64,000 nucleotides of DNA from Candidatus Woesebacteria bacterium (GTDB lineage Bacteria; Patescibacteriota; Microgenomatia; UBA8517): assembly GCA_016700095.1 (NCBI GenBank), contig CP065002.1:240463-304462 (forward strand). Direction: 5' to 3'. The position numbers and the translations under genes were made by a program. The notes under the pieces were generated by a model. That model had not been told where the DNA came from and did no database searches. It worked only from the letters and a program-made list of their open reading frames with translations. This document shows, in pieces, positions 1 through 10,162 of this stretch (position 1 is its first letter; each line of letters starts with the position of its first letter).

Positions 1-41
1 TGAGGATCTGTTGGGAATATACTTAGCGGAGGGAAAACAAA

Positions 42-326
42 ATGGCTGATAAGAAAAATTTTTCGACAATTGGAGATTTACTTCAAGGTTACAAATCGTC
101 GGATGACGATAAATATGTGAGTCGTGAATTTCAAAAATACGGCTATGAGTTGGCCAAGGAATTGGGTGATCTAAAAAACAGGTCGCTTTACATAAAAATT
201 GCCAAAGAGAAAAAACGCGTGCATATTGAAAGCGCGAGAAGTTTTATTAAAGACGCGCAAAACGTCAGAAGTAAGCCCAAACTTTTTATGTGGAAACTTC
301 AACAATTATCGCTAAAGAAGAGTTGA
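42..326 (+). CDS. hypothetical small protein; C-terminal residues encoded by first unit of downstream tandem repeat
   Basis: ORF track; no recognisable motif; 3' end overlaps repeat array. Confidence 0.3.
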   Translation: MADKKNFSTIGDLLQGYKSSDDDKYVSREFQKYGYELAKELGDLKNRSLYIKIAKEKKRVHIESARSFIKDAQNVRSKPKLFMWKLQQLSLKKS

Positions 327-648
327 CACACAAACTTTTTATGTGGAAATTGAAACACTTGAAACTAAAGAAGAGTTGACACACAAACTTTGTTTATGTG
401 GAAACTTCAACAATTATCGCTAAAGAAGAGTTGACACACAAACTTTTTATGTGGAAATTGAAACACTTGAAACTAAAGAAGAGTTGACACACAAACTTTG
501 TTTATGTGGAAACTAAAACACTTGAAACTAAAGAAGAGTTGACACACAAACTTTTTATGTGGAAATTGAAACACTTGAAACTAAAGAAGAGTTGACACAC
601 AAACTTTTTATGTGGAAATTGAAACACCTGGAAACCAAAGGTAATGCC
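279..648. repeat. tandem array of about 7 units of 54-57 bp in two alternating variants; each unit contains ttgaca and tgtggaaat
   Basis: direct reading: aaactttttatgtggaaa[ttgaaacacttgaaac or cttcaacaattatcgc]taaagaagagttgacacac repeated head to tail. Confidence 0.9.
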
Positions 649-999
649 TTGTTAAAAGGTTGGTAAATACCTCATGAAGTGCCACGGGTACACTCGTTAT
701 TTCTTCTACCTTTTTTGGTTTTAAGTGTTGTTTGTCCTTGCATGTTGTGTTCAGTTAATTTATTAATAACGTATCTTTGTTTGTTGCCTTAAGATTTGTT
801 GTGATAAATACAGTTGGTTAGTGTTAACACGCTATTTCCCAATTAGTATTGTGCCGTATTGAAGTGTTAGACAAACTTGTTTGGGCAACTTGGGTTTTTT
901 AAATCACCAGGGGATTATCTGGAATTTGTAATTAGATTATTTTGTTTTAATACGCTATATTTACACTACGCAAATTATCTGTTTGTAGTTTTCATCAAC

Positions 1000-1962
1000 A
1001 TGAACCTTAAATCGATAAACAACACTTCAATTGAAGAAATCGGTATCAAAGCATATTCCCTTGTTTACTTGAAAGATATTGGTTTGATGGAAAACAATTT
1101 GTATGTGTCCTCGGTTTTACCCGAAAAAAGCATATTTATTAAACAACTAACTGAAATAGGCTTCAAAGACAAAAAACTAATTTCTGCTCGCACATCGCAT
1201 CCTCAAAAAGATGTCAAACTACCACGCAAACCTTGCGCCACCTTTGATGAGGCGTATGATTTTTACAAAGAGAATCTGGAAGCGGGAATGGTTATCGTCA
1301 TGCATGATTTCTTTAAGGCAAAATTCGGTGGAATAATTTCTTATTCGAAGGGGGAAATTGTTCTTGAAATTTCCGAGAGCGATTGGAATATTGATTATGT
1401 CCTTAACTCGGATATGGCGGTTTTTAGTCACGGTTTTGCTACTTGGTATTTATATAAAGACGTTCGGAAGATAGCTAGCATTGTCGATGGCGTAGAAAAC
1501 TATATTAACATAAATCCCCTTAACGAAAAAATCGCACAACAAATCACAGATGCCTTTACCCCAAAGCTTGCTAAACTCGAAAAAATACTAAGTGGCGATT
1601 TTAATTCTCTCGAGATACTTATAAGCGATAGATTCAAAATATTTCCACTTCAATTAGCCGGAGTTAAAAATATTAAAAATGGAAATTACGAAAATAATAA
1701 TTTACAGAATGATATTTTTGAAATAAAAACACCTCACGATTTAGTAAAATGGGACAAAAAGACACCACTTCTTATTTCGATTCCGGCAACAGTGGACAGA
1801 GCGGATGCCCTAATGGGAGTGATTCAAGAAATTAAAAAATACACACGTCATGCATATATTTCATATGGCATTTTGTCGCATCCTGCGATTTTACTCAGGG
1901 AAGCGGGTATTGCAGTTGAAAGAAAAATGTCAAATTATAAATTGGTTAAAATTACTTACTAA
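1000..1962 (+). CDS. hypothetical protein; C-terminal segment resembles a PEP-utilising-enzyme mobile domain (SH-AILLREAGI)
   Basis: ORF track 877..1962; the first in-frame ATG after nonsense N-terminal residues is at 1000; weak motif similarity only. Confidence 0.4.
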   Translation: MNLKSINNTSIEEIGIKAYSLVYLKDIGLMENNLYVSSVLPEKSIFIKQLTEIGFKDKKLISARTSHPQKDVKLPRKPCATFDEAYDFYKENLEAGMVIVMHDFFKAKFGGIISYSKGEIVLEISESDWNIDYVLNSDMAVFSHGFATWYLYKDVRKIASIVDGVENYININPLNEKIAQQITDAFTPKLAKLEKILSGDFNSLEILISDRFKIFPLQLAGVKNIKNGNYENNNLQNDIFEIKTPHDLVKWDKKTPLLISIPATVDRADALMGVIQEIKKYTRHAYISYGILSHPAILLREAGIAVERKMSNYKLVKITY

Positions 1963-1981
1963 TTCATTGCAATTTGCAATA

Positions 1982-2320
1982 ATGAAAAAAACTCAAGTTA
2001 ACTCAGGCCTTTTCCAAAATATTTATGAAATCGTAAGATGTATTCCAGTTGGATTTGTAGCAACTTACGGGCAAGTTGCTGAGAAAATAGGCACAAAAGA
2101 CGCCAGGAAAGTCGGTTGGGCGCTTTCTGTAAATAGCGATCCTTCTACTCCTTGCCATAGAGTTATTTATAAAGACGGAAGTTTAGCCAAAAACTACGGT
2201 AAATCCTTAACTGGCAAACCGGGGTGGAGAACACACAAAGATAAATTAATAAAGGAGGGAATTACCTTTACCGCAAGCAATCGGGTTGATCTTACAAAAC
2301 ACTTAGTTCGGGTGCTTTGA
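1982..2320 (+). CDS. ogt: methylated-DNA-protein-cysteine methyltransferase family protein (single MGMT/Ogt DNA-binding domain with PCHRV active-site motif)
   Basis: YGQVA helix-turn-helix region and PCHRV motif in translation; start moved to ATG at 1982 (MKKTQVN). Confidence 0.7.
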   Translation: MKKTQVNSGLFQNIYEIVRCIPVGFVATYGQVAEKIGTKDARKVGWALSVNSDPSTPCHRVIYKDGSLAKNYGKSLTGKPGWRTHKDKLIKEGITFTASNRVDLTKHLVRVL

Positions 2321-2352
2321 TATTTGTTTCAAAAACAGTATTATTAATATAA

Positions 2353-2919
2353 ATGAAAAAAGAAATTATTGTCCATATTGTTTTCCTTCTCGCCTTTTTT
2401 CTATTAATCTCGATTTATAAAACCTTCAGCCTCTCTCTTGAAATAGGAAATTCAAATTGGTTTACAGCTGAGTACTTGATTTTTTGGCTTGGGGGCGTTA
2501 TCGGCATGTTGATGGTTTTTAGTGATCACTTTATCTATACTTATTTCTTACGTCCGGACGAACCTTCTTCACAACAAGCAAAGAGTTTAATATCAGAGAG
2601 AAAATATTTACAGGCAGTTGATTTTCTTGTGAAGAGCCACAAGACATTAGATAATTTGGTTTTCCATAACGCTAATTTCCAATCAATCTTTCTTCTTTTT
2701 GGTTTTTTTGTGATTACTTCGACGGCAAGTATACTTGGGCGGGGTATCGTGCTTGGATTTTTGTTACACCTTATTATTGATATGCTACGCGATTTAATTG
2801 AAACTAAATCAACCGACCGATGGTTTACGAAGTTTCCGGTTAGCTTGACTTTCGAGCAGAAACGTTGGTATTTAGGATTGCATATAGCTCTTACATTAAT
2901 TATCGGAATCTTTTTATAA
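2353..2919 (+). CDS. hypothetical polytopic membrane protein (about 4 TM helices, no cysteines)
   Basis: hydrophobic segments in translation. Confidence 0.45.
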   Translation: MKKEIIVHIVFLLAFFLLISIYKTFSLSLEIGNSNWFTAEYLIFWLGGVIGMLMVFSDHFIYTYFLRPDEPSSQQAKSLISERKYLQAVDFLVKSHKTLDNLVFHNANFQSIFLLFGFFVITSTASILGRGIVLGFLLHLIIDMLRDLIETKSTDRWFTKFPVSLTFEQKRWYLGLHIALTLIIGIFL

Positions 2920-2961
2920 ACCACAGTTGCATCTTTGGCTCAAGATTTGTAAACTACCACA

Positions 2962-3678
2962 ATGGATGATTTGACCAAAAAAGAGAAACGAGAACTTGCG
3001 AAAAAAAGCAAGCACGAGGAGAAGGTAAAATCAAAACTGATGGGCAAAATTATAAAACTGGGTCTCGCAGTTTTAGTACTTTCAATAATTAGCTTCTTTG
3101 GTTACAAGGGAATTAAGTGGATTAATACACCAATTGATATTCCAGCTGATGTGACAATGGTTCAGGATGATGAGTGGGTGAAGGGTCCCAAAGAAGCAAG
3201 TGTAACATTGATTGAATATGCTGATTATCAATGTCCGGCATGTGCGGGGTATCACCCGATAGTCAGGCAGTTGGCCAAAGAATTCCCCGATGATTTACGG
3301 GTGGTCTATAGGCATTTTCCGTTAACTACAATCCATGCGAATGCGTTTTCGGCGGCAAAAGCTGCAGAGGCAGCGGGCAAACAAGGTAAATTCTGGGAGA
3401 TGCACGACATGTTGTACGAGCGCCAAAGTCAGTGGTCGGAAGGTAGTGCAAAAGAAAAATTTGTCGAATTTGCCCAAGAACTTGCTCTTGATGTTGATAA
3501 ATTTAAAGAAGATTTAGACAGTAGCCAGACTGAAGAGAGAGTGAGTGTCGGTATTGCATTGGGCAACAAAACCGGTGTAAACGCAACCCCAACCTTTATA
3601 CTAGACGGGGTAATGATAAGGCCGCCTCAAGACATTGAGCAGTTTAGAGCTCTTATTAACCAAAGATTGGGCAATTGA
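2962..3678 (+). CDS. membrane-anchored DsbA-like thioredoxin-fold protein (CPAC active site)
   Basis: N-terminal TM helix, YADYQCPACAGYHP motif, FPL...H pattern of the DsbA family. Confidence 0.7.
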   Translation: MDDLTKKEKRELAKKSKHEEKVKSKLMGKIIKLGLAVLVLSIISFFGYKGIKWINTPIDIPADVTMVQDDEWVKGPKEASVTLIEYADYQCPACAGYHPIVRQLAKEFPDDLRVVYRHFPLTTIHANAFSAAKAAEAAGKQGKFWEMHDMLYERQSQWSEGSAKEKFVEFAQELALDVDKFKEDLDSSQTEERVSVGIALGNKTGVNATPTFILDGVMIRPPQDIEQFRALINQRLGN

Positions 3679-3729
3679 AATATCTGACACTGCAGTGGTT
3701 AAGTTACGCCCGGCAAATTAGGCAAGTTA

Positions 3730-4287
3730 TCAGAGTTTGTTGAAGTTAACTTCTTCAATAGTAGTATTGTTAATAATTGTAAGCACACCCGGTTCGGGAT
3801 AATCGCCGACTTCTTCCACCGTAAAACTATTTGTGGTTACAAGATGTTTTAGAGCGGCAATTACGATTCCGTGAGTAGCGACAAATACTGTTTTGTACTT
3901 TTTTGTTTTCATCTCATTAATAAAATCAATTACCATATTCTTTTTGTCTTCAAAGTATCCGGAATATGGATATTCCGGTTCCAAATTTCTTTCGTCAAGC
4001 ATCTCGTTTAATCTCGGGTCACTTGTAAACTCTACTCCTGTTATGCGTGTTGCGATTGCTACTGTTTCTTGGACTCTGAGAATTTCACTTGCCGCTGCAT
4101 GATCTGGATGAATGACTTTTAAGTAATTAGCCATTCTAATAATTGCAGGAATTGCTTCTGGAAGAATTTCGGTGGTTAATTGTTTATCGCCGTATCCCGC
4201 ATCGTTTTCCTTGCTGGAAAAAGTCTCACCATGTCTTAAGATATAGAAAATCATTTTCGTTTTTGTTATAGTCGCATATGGACACAA
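3730..4287 (-). CDS. histidine phosphatase (phosphoglycerate-mutase-like) family protein
   Basis: ILRHGET (RHG catalytic motif) near N-terminus. Confidence 0.65.
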   Translation of the reverse strand: MCPYATITKTKMIFYILRHGETFSSKENDAGYGDKQLTTEILPEAIPAIIRMANYLKVIHPDHAAASEILRVQETVAIATRITGVEFTSDPRLNEMLDERNLEPEYPYSGYFEDKKNMVIDFINEMKTKKYKTVFVATHGIVIAALKHLVTTNSFTVEEVGDYPEPGVLTIINNTTIEEVNFNKL

Positions 4288-5774
4288 AAAATAAAAAAGT
4301 TAGATTGCTACTTGATTTCTACAAAGAAATTTCACTCCTTGGTAAAATTAATGCGCTTTTAGGTTATGACACCAATGTTAGTTTACCACCGAAAGGCGTT
4401 GAAGGTAGAGCGGAACAAACTGCTCACATAACGAAATTGATATCCGAAAAATGGCTTGACCCAAAGTTTCGAGCATTATTAGATAGTGTCAAAAATGTCA
4501 CTTCGTTGACACCGGAAGAAAAAGCAATTGTGAGAAATTTAACTTGGGCCGGTAAGTATTATTTTCAAGTTCCGCAAAAAACTGTCGTTGAATTTTCTAG
4601 AATTACCTCACATGCATTTTCTGCTTGGCACAAGGCAAGGACAGATAATAATTTTAAATTTTATTTGCCTCACTTGAAAAACATTATTTCTGTCAGCCGG
4701 GAAATAGCCGGACATTTAGGTTACAAAGACAATCCATACGACGCTTTGCTTGACATGTATGAACCCGAACTTACGGTTCAAAAATTTCAAATGGTTGTCG
4801 ACAAATTGCAGCCTGAGTTAACAGGTTTAGTTGAAAAAATAGCAAATTCCGGCAGGAGCAATTTAGCTGAGCCAAAGAGTGACTATGACATAAAAACCCA
4901 AGAAGAACTGGCAAAATTTGTCTTAACCACGATGGGGTACGATTTTGAAGCCGGCAGACAAGATGTTTCGCCACATCCTTTTACGGAAACGCTTGGAACA
5001 CAAGACGTGAGAATTACGAACAGATATAAAAACGATGCGTTTATAGAGCCGATTATGGTGGCGATGCATGAAGGCGGGCATGCCCTTTATGAGCAGGGAG
5101 TAAATCCCAAGTATGAATACACGCCTTTGTCTGGTGGAGTGTCGCTTGGAATTCACGAAAGCCAAAGCAGATTCTGGGAAAATCAAGTAGGGAGAAGCAA
5201 AGAATTTATAAGCTTCCTTACGCCTTTTATCAAATCCCATTTTCCCCAATTAAAAAATATATCAGCCGATGAGCTTTACAAAATATTTAATATTGTTAAA
5301 CCCGGTCAGATAAGAGTGGAAGCAGACGAAGTGACATACAATTTGCACATTTTTCTTCGATTTGAAATTGAAAATGCACTAATAAATGGCAAGCTTAAAC
5401 CGGAGAACTTACCTGAAATTTGGAATTCCAAAATGGAAAAATATTTGGGTGTAACTCCCGATTGCGATGCAAACGGAGTTCTGCAAGATGTTCATTGGGC
5501 TTACGGGAATTTCGGTTATTTTCCGACTTATACTTTGGGAAATTTGTATGCGGCACAGTTTACGGCTACGTTGAGTAAAAAACTGGATGTCAAAAAACTT
5601 TGCGCCAAGGGTGAGCTAACACCCATATTAATCTGGCTTAGACAACATATCCACACATACGGATCACTGTATTTCCCCGAAGAACTATGCAAAAAGGTTA
5701 CCGGTGAGACGCTTGATGTAAATTATTTCGTGACTTATCTTCACGAAAAATACCGGACGTTGTACTCGATTTAA
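4278..5774 (+). CDS. M32 family carboxypeptidase (carboxypeptidase Taq-like)
   Basis: HEGGHALYE zinc motif, HPF, DVHWAYGNFGYFPTYTLGNLYAAQ signature. Confidence 0.85.
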   Translation: MDTKNKKVRLLLDFYKEISLLGKINALLGYDTNVSLPPKGVEGRAEQTAHITKLISEKWLDPKFRALLDSVKNVTSLTPEEKAIVRNLTWAGKYYFQVPQKTVVEFSRITSHAFSAWHKARTDNNFKFYLPHLKNIISVSREIAGHLGYKDNPYDALLDMYEPELTVQKFQMVVDKLQPELTGLVEKIANSGRSNLAEPKSDYDIKTQEELAKFVLTTMGYDFEAGRQDVSPHPFTETLGTQDVRITNRYKNDAFIEPIMVAMHEGGHALYEQGVNPKYEYTPLSGGVSLGIHESQSRFWENQVGRSKEFISFLTPFIKSHFPQLKNISADELYKIFNIVKPGQIRVEADEVTYNLHIFLRFEIENALINGKLKPENLPEIWNSKMEKYLGVTPDCDANGVLQDVHWAYGNFGYFPTYTLGNLYAAQFTATLSKKLDVKKLCAKGELTPILIWLRQHIHTYGSLYFPEELCKKVTGETLDVNYFVTYLHEKYRTLYSI

Positions 5775-6199
5775 ATATTGCGATATTAATTTTTATGAAG
5801 AAAAGGCTCACTATCCGGAGATTATTAAATAATAACTTATTGAAGATTAGATAATATAATTCTAAAACCGTAAGATTAAGGGCAGTTTGCAATATGGCAG
5901 AACGGGAACCGACAATCAACATAATTGCAGAGATTTCCAAAAAAATTGACGTTGCTGTTATGCTTACGGCTTGGGGGGTGCATTGCTTGGAATAATAACT
6001 CCTTCTGTGGCACTTGCTGCGATAGTCTATAGTATTGCTACCTATATTGGAGCCGACGCGATAAAGAAGAAGTAGAAAAGCTCTCATTAAATCCTTATAA
6101 ATCCGTGATTATTGTTTTCCTAATTTCCGGGTGATTCCTATGAATAGTTGTAACAAAGGTTATTTCTAATGGAAGGTAAAACATCATAAACAAGGAAGG

Positions 6200-6550
6200 T
6201 TACTTTTTGTAGACGACTCCAGAGTTTCCGGCACAGTATGATGCCTGCGAGGAATTAGAGGGTAAATAGGGCGGTAGTTGGTTATTTGCATAAGGATCGT
6301 AGCCGGGACGAATAAATGTGGTCTCTGCTTGTACCCATTCACCTTTTGCGAGATTCCCATCAAGATATATTACGGTATCCTCTTTACCTGATATATCAGG
6401 AGTAGATAGTGTTTGACTACTTAAAACTTCAAGATTTGTATGTTGTCCGCCTGCACACCCGTCTTTATCGCCACCACATGCACTCAGTACACCCAAGGTA
6501 AGTGTAGCTAAAAGTGTTAAGCGTTTTTCACTATCTCTCATAAACGGCAA
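6200..6550 (-). CDS. hypothetical lipoprotein-like secreted protein
   Basis: signal-like N-terminus with LSACGG lipobox-like motif. Confidence 0.35.
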   Translation of the reverse strand: MPFMRDSEKRLTLLATLTLGVLSACGGDKDGCAGGQHTNLEVLSSQTLSTPDISGKEDTVIYLDGNLAKGEWVQAETTFIRPGYDPYANNQLPPYLPSNSSQASYCAGNSGVVYKK

Positions 6551-6633
6551 TTATACCAAATACATGGCTTTATTGCCAGAATATCCAACCTATACAAATT
6601 AACCAAAAAAATACGCTATACTCATATTAGGCT

Positions 6634-7281
6634 ATGGTCGAGAATTATTACGTTTGTCCAAATCATCCTGATGTAAAAAAAGAAAATCCGGGAGAATGTC
6701 CTACGTGTGGTATGCTTTTGCAAGATAGAAAAGGGAATGTGATAGGTTTGAAAATTCATAAAAAAGGACGTAAGTTTAAGGAAAGTTCGATTTTATCCAA
6801 ACAGCAACCGCTGGTTGTGATTTTAACCATAGTTTTTCTTACTACCTTTTTGTTTTCCGCACGTGATTATGCTCGGGGTACATTAATTGAAACTAAAGTT
6901 CTTTCCAGTTTGTTAGGGAGTGCGATGTTGGTTTTTGGTAGTTTAAAAATGTTTGACGTGAAGGGTTTCGCACAAGGTTTTTCGAAATATGACTTGATTG
7001 CGCAAAGATATGAAATATACGGATTTTTATATCCATTTTTACAAGTTGTCCTGGCTCTTGCATTTTTACTGGATTTGGCTCTGGTTTCTGTAGGCTTTAC
7101 AACATTTCTGCTTTTCTCAATTAGCACCACGGGAATCCTGGCAAAACTTATGAAGGGGGAGAACGAAGTAGACGTGGGACTTGGAACTTATATACCCGTA
7201 CCACTTAGTTATTTTTCGCTAATTGAAAGTTTGGGAATTTCTGTAATGGCGTGTGTGATACTTGTGCATTTGTGGCTGTAA
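6634..7281 (+). CDS. fusion of N-terminal heavy-metal-binding domain (YVCPNHP...CPTCGM) with MauE/DoxX-family membrane domain
   Basis: CP-H...CPTC motif typical of the HMBD seen on Cu-ATPases and CusB; C-terminal 4-TM region with FG-LK-F...Y-LIA...Y-FLYPFLQVVLALAF pattern of MauE/DoxX. Confidence 0.55.
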   Translation: MVENYYVCPNHPDVKKENPGECPTCGMLLQDRKGNVIGLKIHKKGRKFKESSILSKQQPLVVILTIVFLTTFLFSARDYARGTLIETKVLSSLLGSAMLVFGSLKMFDVKGFAQGFSKYDLIAQRYEIYGFLYPFLQVVLALAFLLDLALVSVGFTTFLLFSISTTGILAKLMKGENEVDVGLGTYIPVPLSYFSLIESLGISVMACVILVHLWL

Positions 7282-7357
7282 ACGATGATAATTGGGAACT
7301 TGTTAAATGATATAGATTTACTTATTGTAACGAACAATTATTAATGTATTATAAATT

Positions 7358-7678
7358 ATGGCAATTTTAGACGTTGTTGACGCCAACTTTGAAGAAAAAG
7401 TTTTGAAATCCGATAAACCAGTTCTTGTTGATTTTTGGGCTCCTTGGTGTGGTCCTTGCCGAATGGCGGAGCCGATACTGGAAGAATTGTCAGAAGAATA
7501 TAAAGACAAAGTTGAATTTTATAAAGTGAATGTCGACGACAACCATGACTACCCGCAAAAGTATGGAGTCATGTCGATTCCCACGACTGTACTTTTTAAA
7601 GGTGGACAAGAAATCGGTAGACAGGTTGGATTTTCCGGTAAAGATGGTTTTGAGCAACTTGTCAAAAAAGCATTGTAA
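7358..7678 (+). CDS. trxA: thioredoxin
   Basis: WCGPC active site, 106 aa. Confidence 0.9.
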   Translation: MAILDVVDANFEEKVLKSDKPVLVDFWAPWCGPCRMAEPILEELSEEYKDKVEFYKVNVDDNHDYPQKYGVMSIPTTVLFKGGQEIGRQVGFSGKDGFEQLVKKAL

Positions 7679-7782
7679 ACCCCAGTGGTAATTTAGCAAT
7701 ACCTGTTTTACTCTTTGTGAAAATAATGTAGAGTTATATTATAAGATTTTAATCTTGTTTCTATTTAAGGAGGTGATAGAAA

Positions 7783-8142
7783 ATGAACGATAACACAAAT
7801 GATCAAAACAGCACACCAAGTGATCCCATGTCACAGGGTATGGGTGGTGTGGCACCCGCAGCGACAGACGATCTGGGTAGAGTAGATAGCCCGACAACCG
7901 TTACTGAAATGGCAACCAGTGAAGAGCCGCCAGTATCCGATGAACCGCAAGTTGCGGCAGAAAGCGGTGAAGATATGGTAAGTGCTACTCAATCAACGAC
8001 CGCACCCGAACCGCTTGCGAATACGCAATCAGACACATTGTCCGATATGCCCGTAGTTGAGCAAGTTGCACCGATGGGCGTAACACACGATGATTCTGAT
8101 ATGGGTGGAGATTCCACTCCTCCCGTAGCATCGGGGATGTGA
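7783..8142 (+). CDS. highly acidic low-complexity protein with extended Shine-Dalgarno (aaggaggtgata)
   Basis: perfect SD 8 nt upstream of ATG; D/E/S/T/P-rich translation. Confidence 0.5.
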   Translation: MNDNTNDQNSTPSDPMSQGMGGVAPAATDDLGRVDSPTTVTEMATSEEPPVSDEPQVAAESGEDMVSATQSTTAPEPLANTQSDTLSDMPVVEQVAPMGVTHDDSDMGGDSTPPVASGM

Positions 8143-8329
8143 TGAAAACTTTGAACCAAGTTGACTGATTACATCAATCGGTCAGCTTGGTTTGTTTTAT
8201 TTACTGTAAATACGCTGTGTTTAATTTCTAAGTTAGTTTAATTAACCGGGCAGGGGATTAAGAATTAGGGTTTTTCTTGATGAAGACTACATAATAAAAT
8301 ATCGATATTAATAAACTCTTTTATTCACT

Positions 8330-9349
8330 ATGACTAATGTATTAACATTTACCAAAACTCCCAATGCGGGCGAACCGTGGGATGTGGCCATTATCGGATC
8401 CGGACCTTCTGCTTTTACTGCGGCAATTTATACTTCCCGAGGAGCTCTTTCGACGCTAATTTTGGGCGGAGATATGTGGGGTGGACAGTTGATGTTAACG
8501 ACTGAAGTCGATAACTTTCCTGCGCACCCTGGAATTATGGGACCGGAGCTGATGACAAAGATGAAAGATCACGCACTGCTTTTTGGTGCAAAAATGATCG
8601 AAAAAAATGTAACCTCTTTCGAAGTTCCATCTATTAACAATAAATATTTTAAACTCACCACAGCGGATGATTTGTATTTGGCTAAAAGCGTGATAATTGC
8701 AACAGGAGCGGATACGAGTTGGCTTGGGGTGCCGGGTGAAGACAAACTGCGAGGAAGAGGTGTATCCTCGTGTGCGCCATGTGATGCCCCGTTTTTTAAA
8801 GACAAAAAAGTTGCGGTTGTTGGTGGCGGTGATAGTGCGATGGAAGAAGCGCTTGTTCTAACCAAGTATGCGTCTGAAGTAGTACTTATCCATAGACGGG
8901 ATAGTTTCCGGGCAAGTGCGGCAATGCAGAAAAGGGTATTTGAAAACAAAAAAATACAAGTTTTATGGGATAGTAGTGTCGCGGAAATATTGGGTGATGA
9001 AAAAGTAACGGGTTTGAAAATAAAAACAACTGCTGGCACCAAGCAGGCGCAAAAGGTTAAAGGGGAAGAAAAACAAGGGTTTGTATATTGGAATATGGAT
9101 ATCGACGGAATTTTTGTTGCAATTGGACATACACCTTCGACAAAAATATTCAAAGATAAAGTAGAACTTGACACCAAAGGTTTCATTGTCAAAAAAAGTG
9201 CAGACGGTTTTAATACCTTAACCAGTCAAAAAGGAGTGTTTGTAGCGGGGGATGTGCACGACTATCATTACAAACAAGCGATAACCGCAGCGGGGTTTGG
9301 GTGTATGGCGGGAATGGATACGGTTAAATACCTTGCAGATCAGAACTAA
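8330..9349 (+). CDS. trxB: thioredoxin-disulfide reductase
   Basis: GSGPSAFTAAIY FAD motif, CAPCD redox centre, second GGGDSAMEEA NADPH motif. Confidence 0.85.
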   Translation: MTNVLTFTKTPNAGEPWDVAIIGSGPSAFTAAIYTSRGALSTLILGGDMWGGQLMLTTEVDNFPAHPGIMGPELMTKMKDHALLFGAKMIEKNVTSFEVPSINNKYFKLTTADDLYLAKSVIIATGADTSWLGVPGEDKLRGRGVSSCAPCDAPFFKDKKVAVVGGGDSAMEEALVLTKYASEVVLIHRRDSFRASAAMQKRVFENKKIQVLWDSSVAEILGDEKVTGLKIKTTAGTKQAQKVKGEEKQGFVYWNMDIDGIFVAIGHTPSTKIFKDKVELDTKGFIVKKSADGFNTLTSQKGVFVAGDVHDYHYKQAITAAGFGCMAGMDTVKYLADQN

Positions 9350-9394
9350 ATACTATATTGACAGATAGTCTTTGGTAGTCCAAAATAGCAAAAT

Positions 9395-10162
9395 ATGGCT
9401 TTTGAAAAGACGAACCAACTTGGTGTTGAGAAGCTTCTTCCTGTATTTGTTGTCATATCCGTTTTTCTTGCTTTTGCCGTAGGAGTTTTGTGGAACAAAG
9501 TTTCCTATTTGGAAAATGGTACACCAACATCAAAAACGGTTACGCCAACAGCTAACGGTGCTGCAGCAGATGCTGTCGCCAATCAACCAAAGAATGGAAA
9601 ACTCACCGAAGATCAGGCGGCAAAACTCACACCGGTAAACGACAAAGATCATGTCCGTGGAAACAAAAACGCAAAAGTATTTTTGGTTGAGTATTCCGAT
9701 TTACAATGTCCTTATTGTTCAAGTTTTCATCCCACAACTACTCAAATTCTTGAGGAATATGGCGACAAAGTAGCGCTTGTTTATCGACATTTTCCGCTTG
9801 ACCAGATTCACCCGCAGGCACGTCCGGCTGCTGTTGCTTCCGAGTGCATAGCTGATTTGGGCGGTCAAGATGCGTACTGGAAATTTTTAGATGCAGTTTT
9901 TGCCGACCAGAAAGGGTCGCTTGCTGATATGTCAAGTATTGCCGTAAAGGCAGGTGTGAGTAAGGTCGCATTCCAAACCTGTATTGATTCGGGAAAATTT
10001 GATAGCGCTGTAGAGGAGGACTACCAGTCGGGACTAACGGTTGGAATTACAGGAACTCCGGGAAGTTTAGTGGTAAACGAAAAAGGTGAAGTATGGTTGG
10101 TTCCCGGTGCTCTACCTTTTGCCCAACTTAAAACAACCATAGACGAAGCATTAGCCTCATAA
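9395..10162 (+). CDS. membrane-anchored DsbA-like thioredoxin-fold protein (CPYC active site)
   Basis: N-terminal TM helix, YSDLQCPYCSSFHP motif. Confidence 0.7.
   Translation: MAFEKTNQLGVEKLLPVFVVISVFLAFAVGVLWNKVSYLENGTPTSKTVTPTANGAAADAVANQPKNGKLTEDQAAKLTPVNDKDHVRGNKNAKVFLVEYSDLQCPYCSSFHPTTTQILEEYGDKVALVYRHFPLDQIHPQARPAAVASECIADLGGQDAYWKFLDAVFADQKGSLADMSSIAVKAGVSKVAFQTCIDSGKFDSAVEEDYQSGLTVGITGTPGSLVVNEKGEVWLVPGALPFAQLKTTIDEALAS

Noticed and set aside
279-648. Possible CRISPR array at the start of the window
   Set aside because: The sequences between the conserved cores are two near-identical alternating variants, not unique spacers. No cas genes are nearby, and the unit length and composition fit tandem duplication better.
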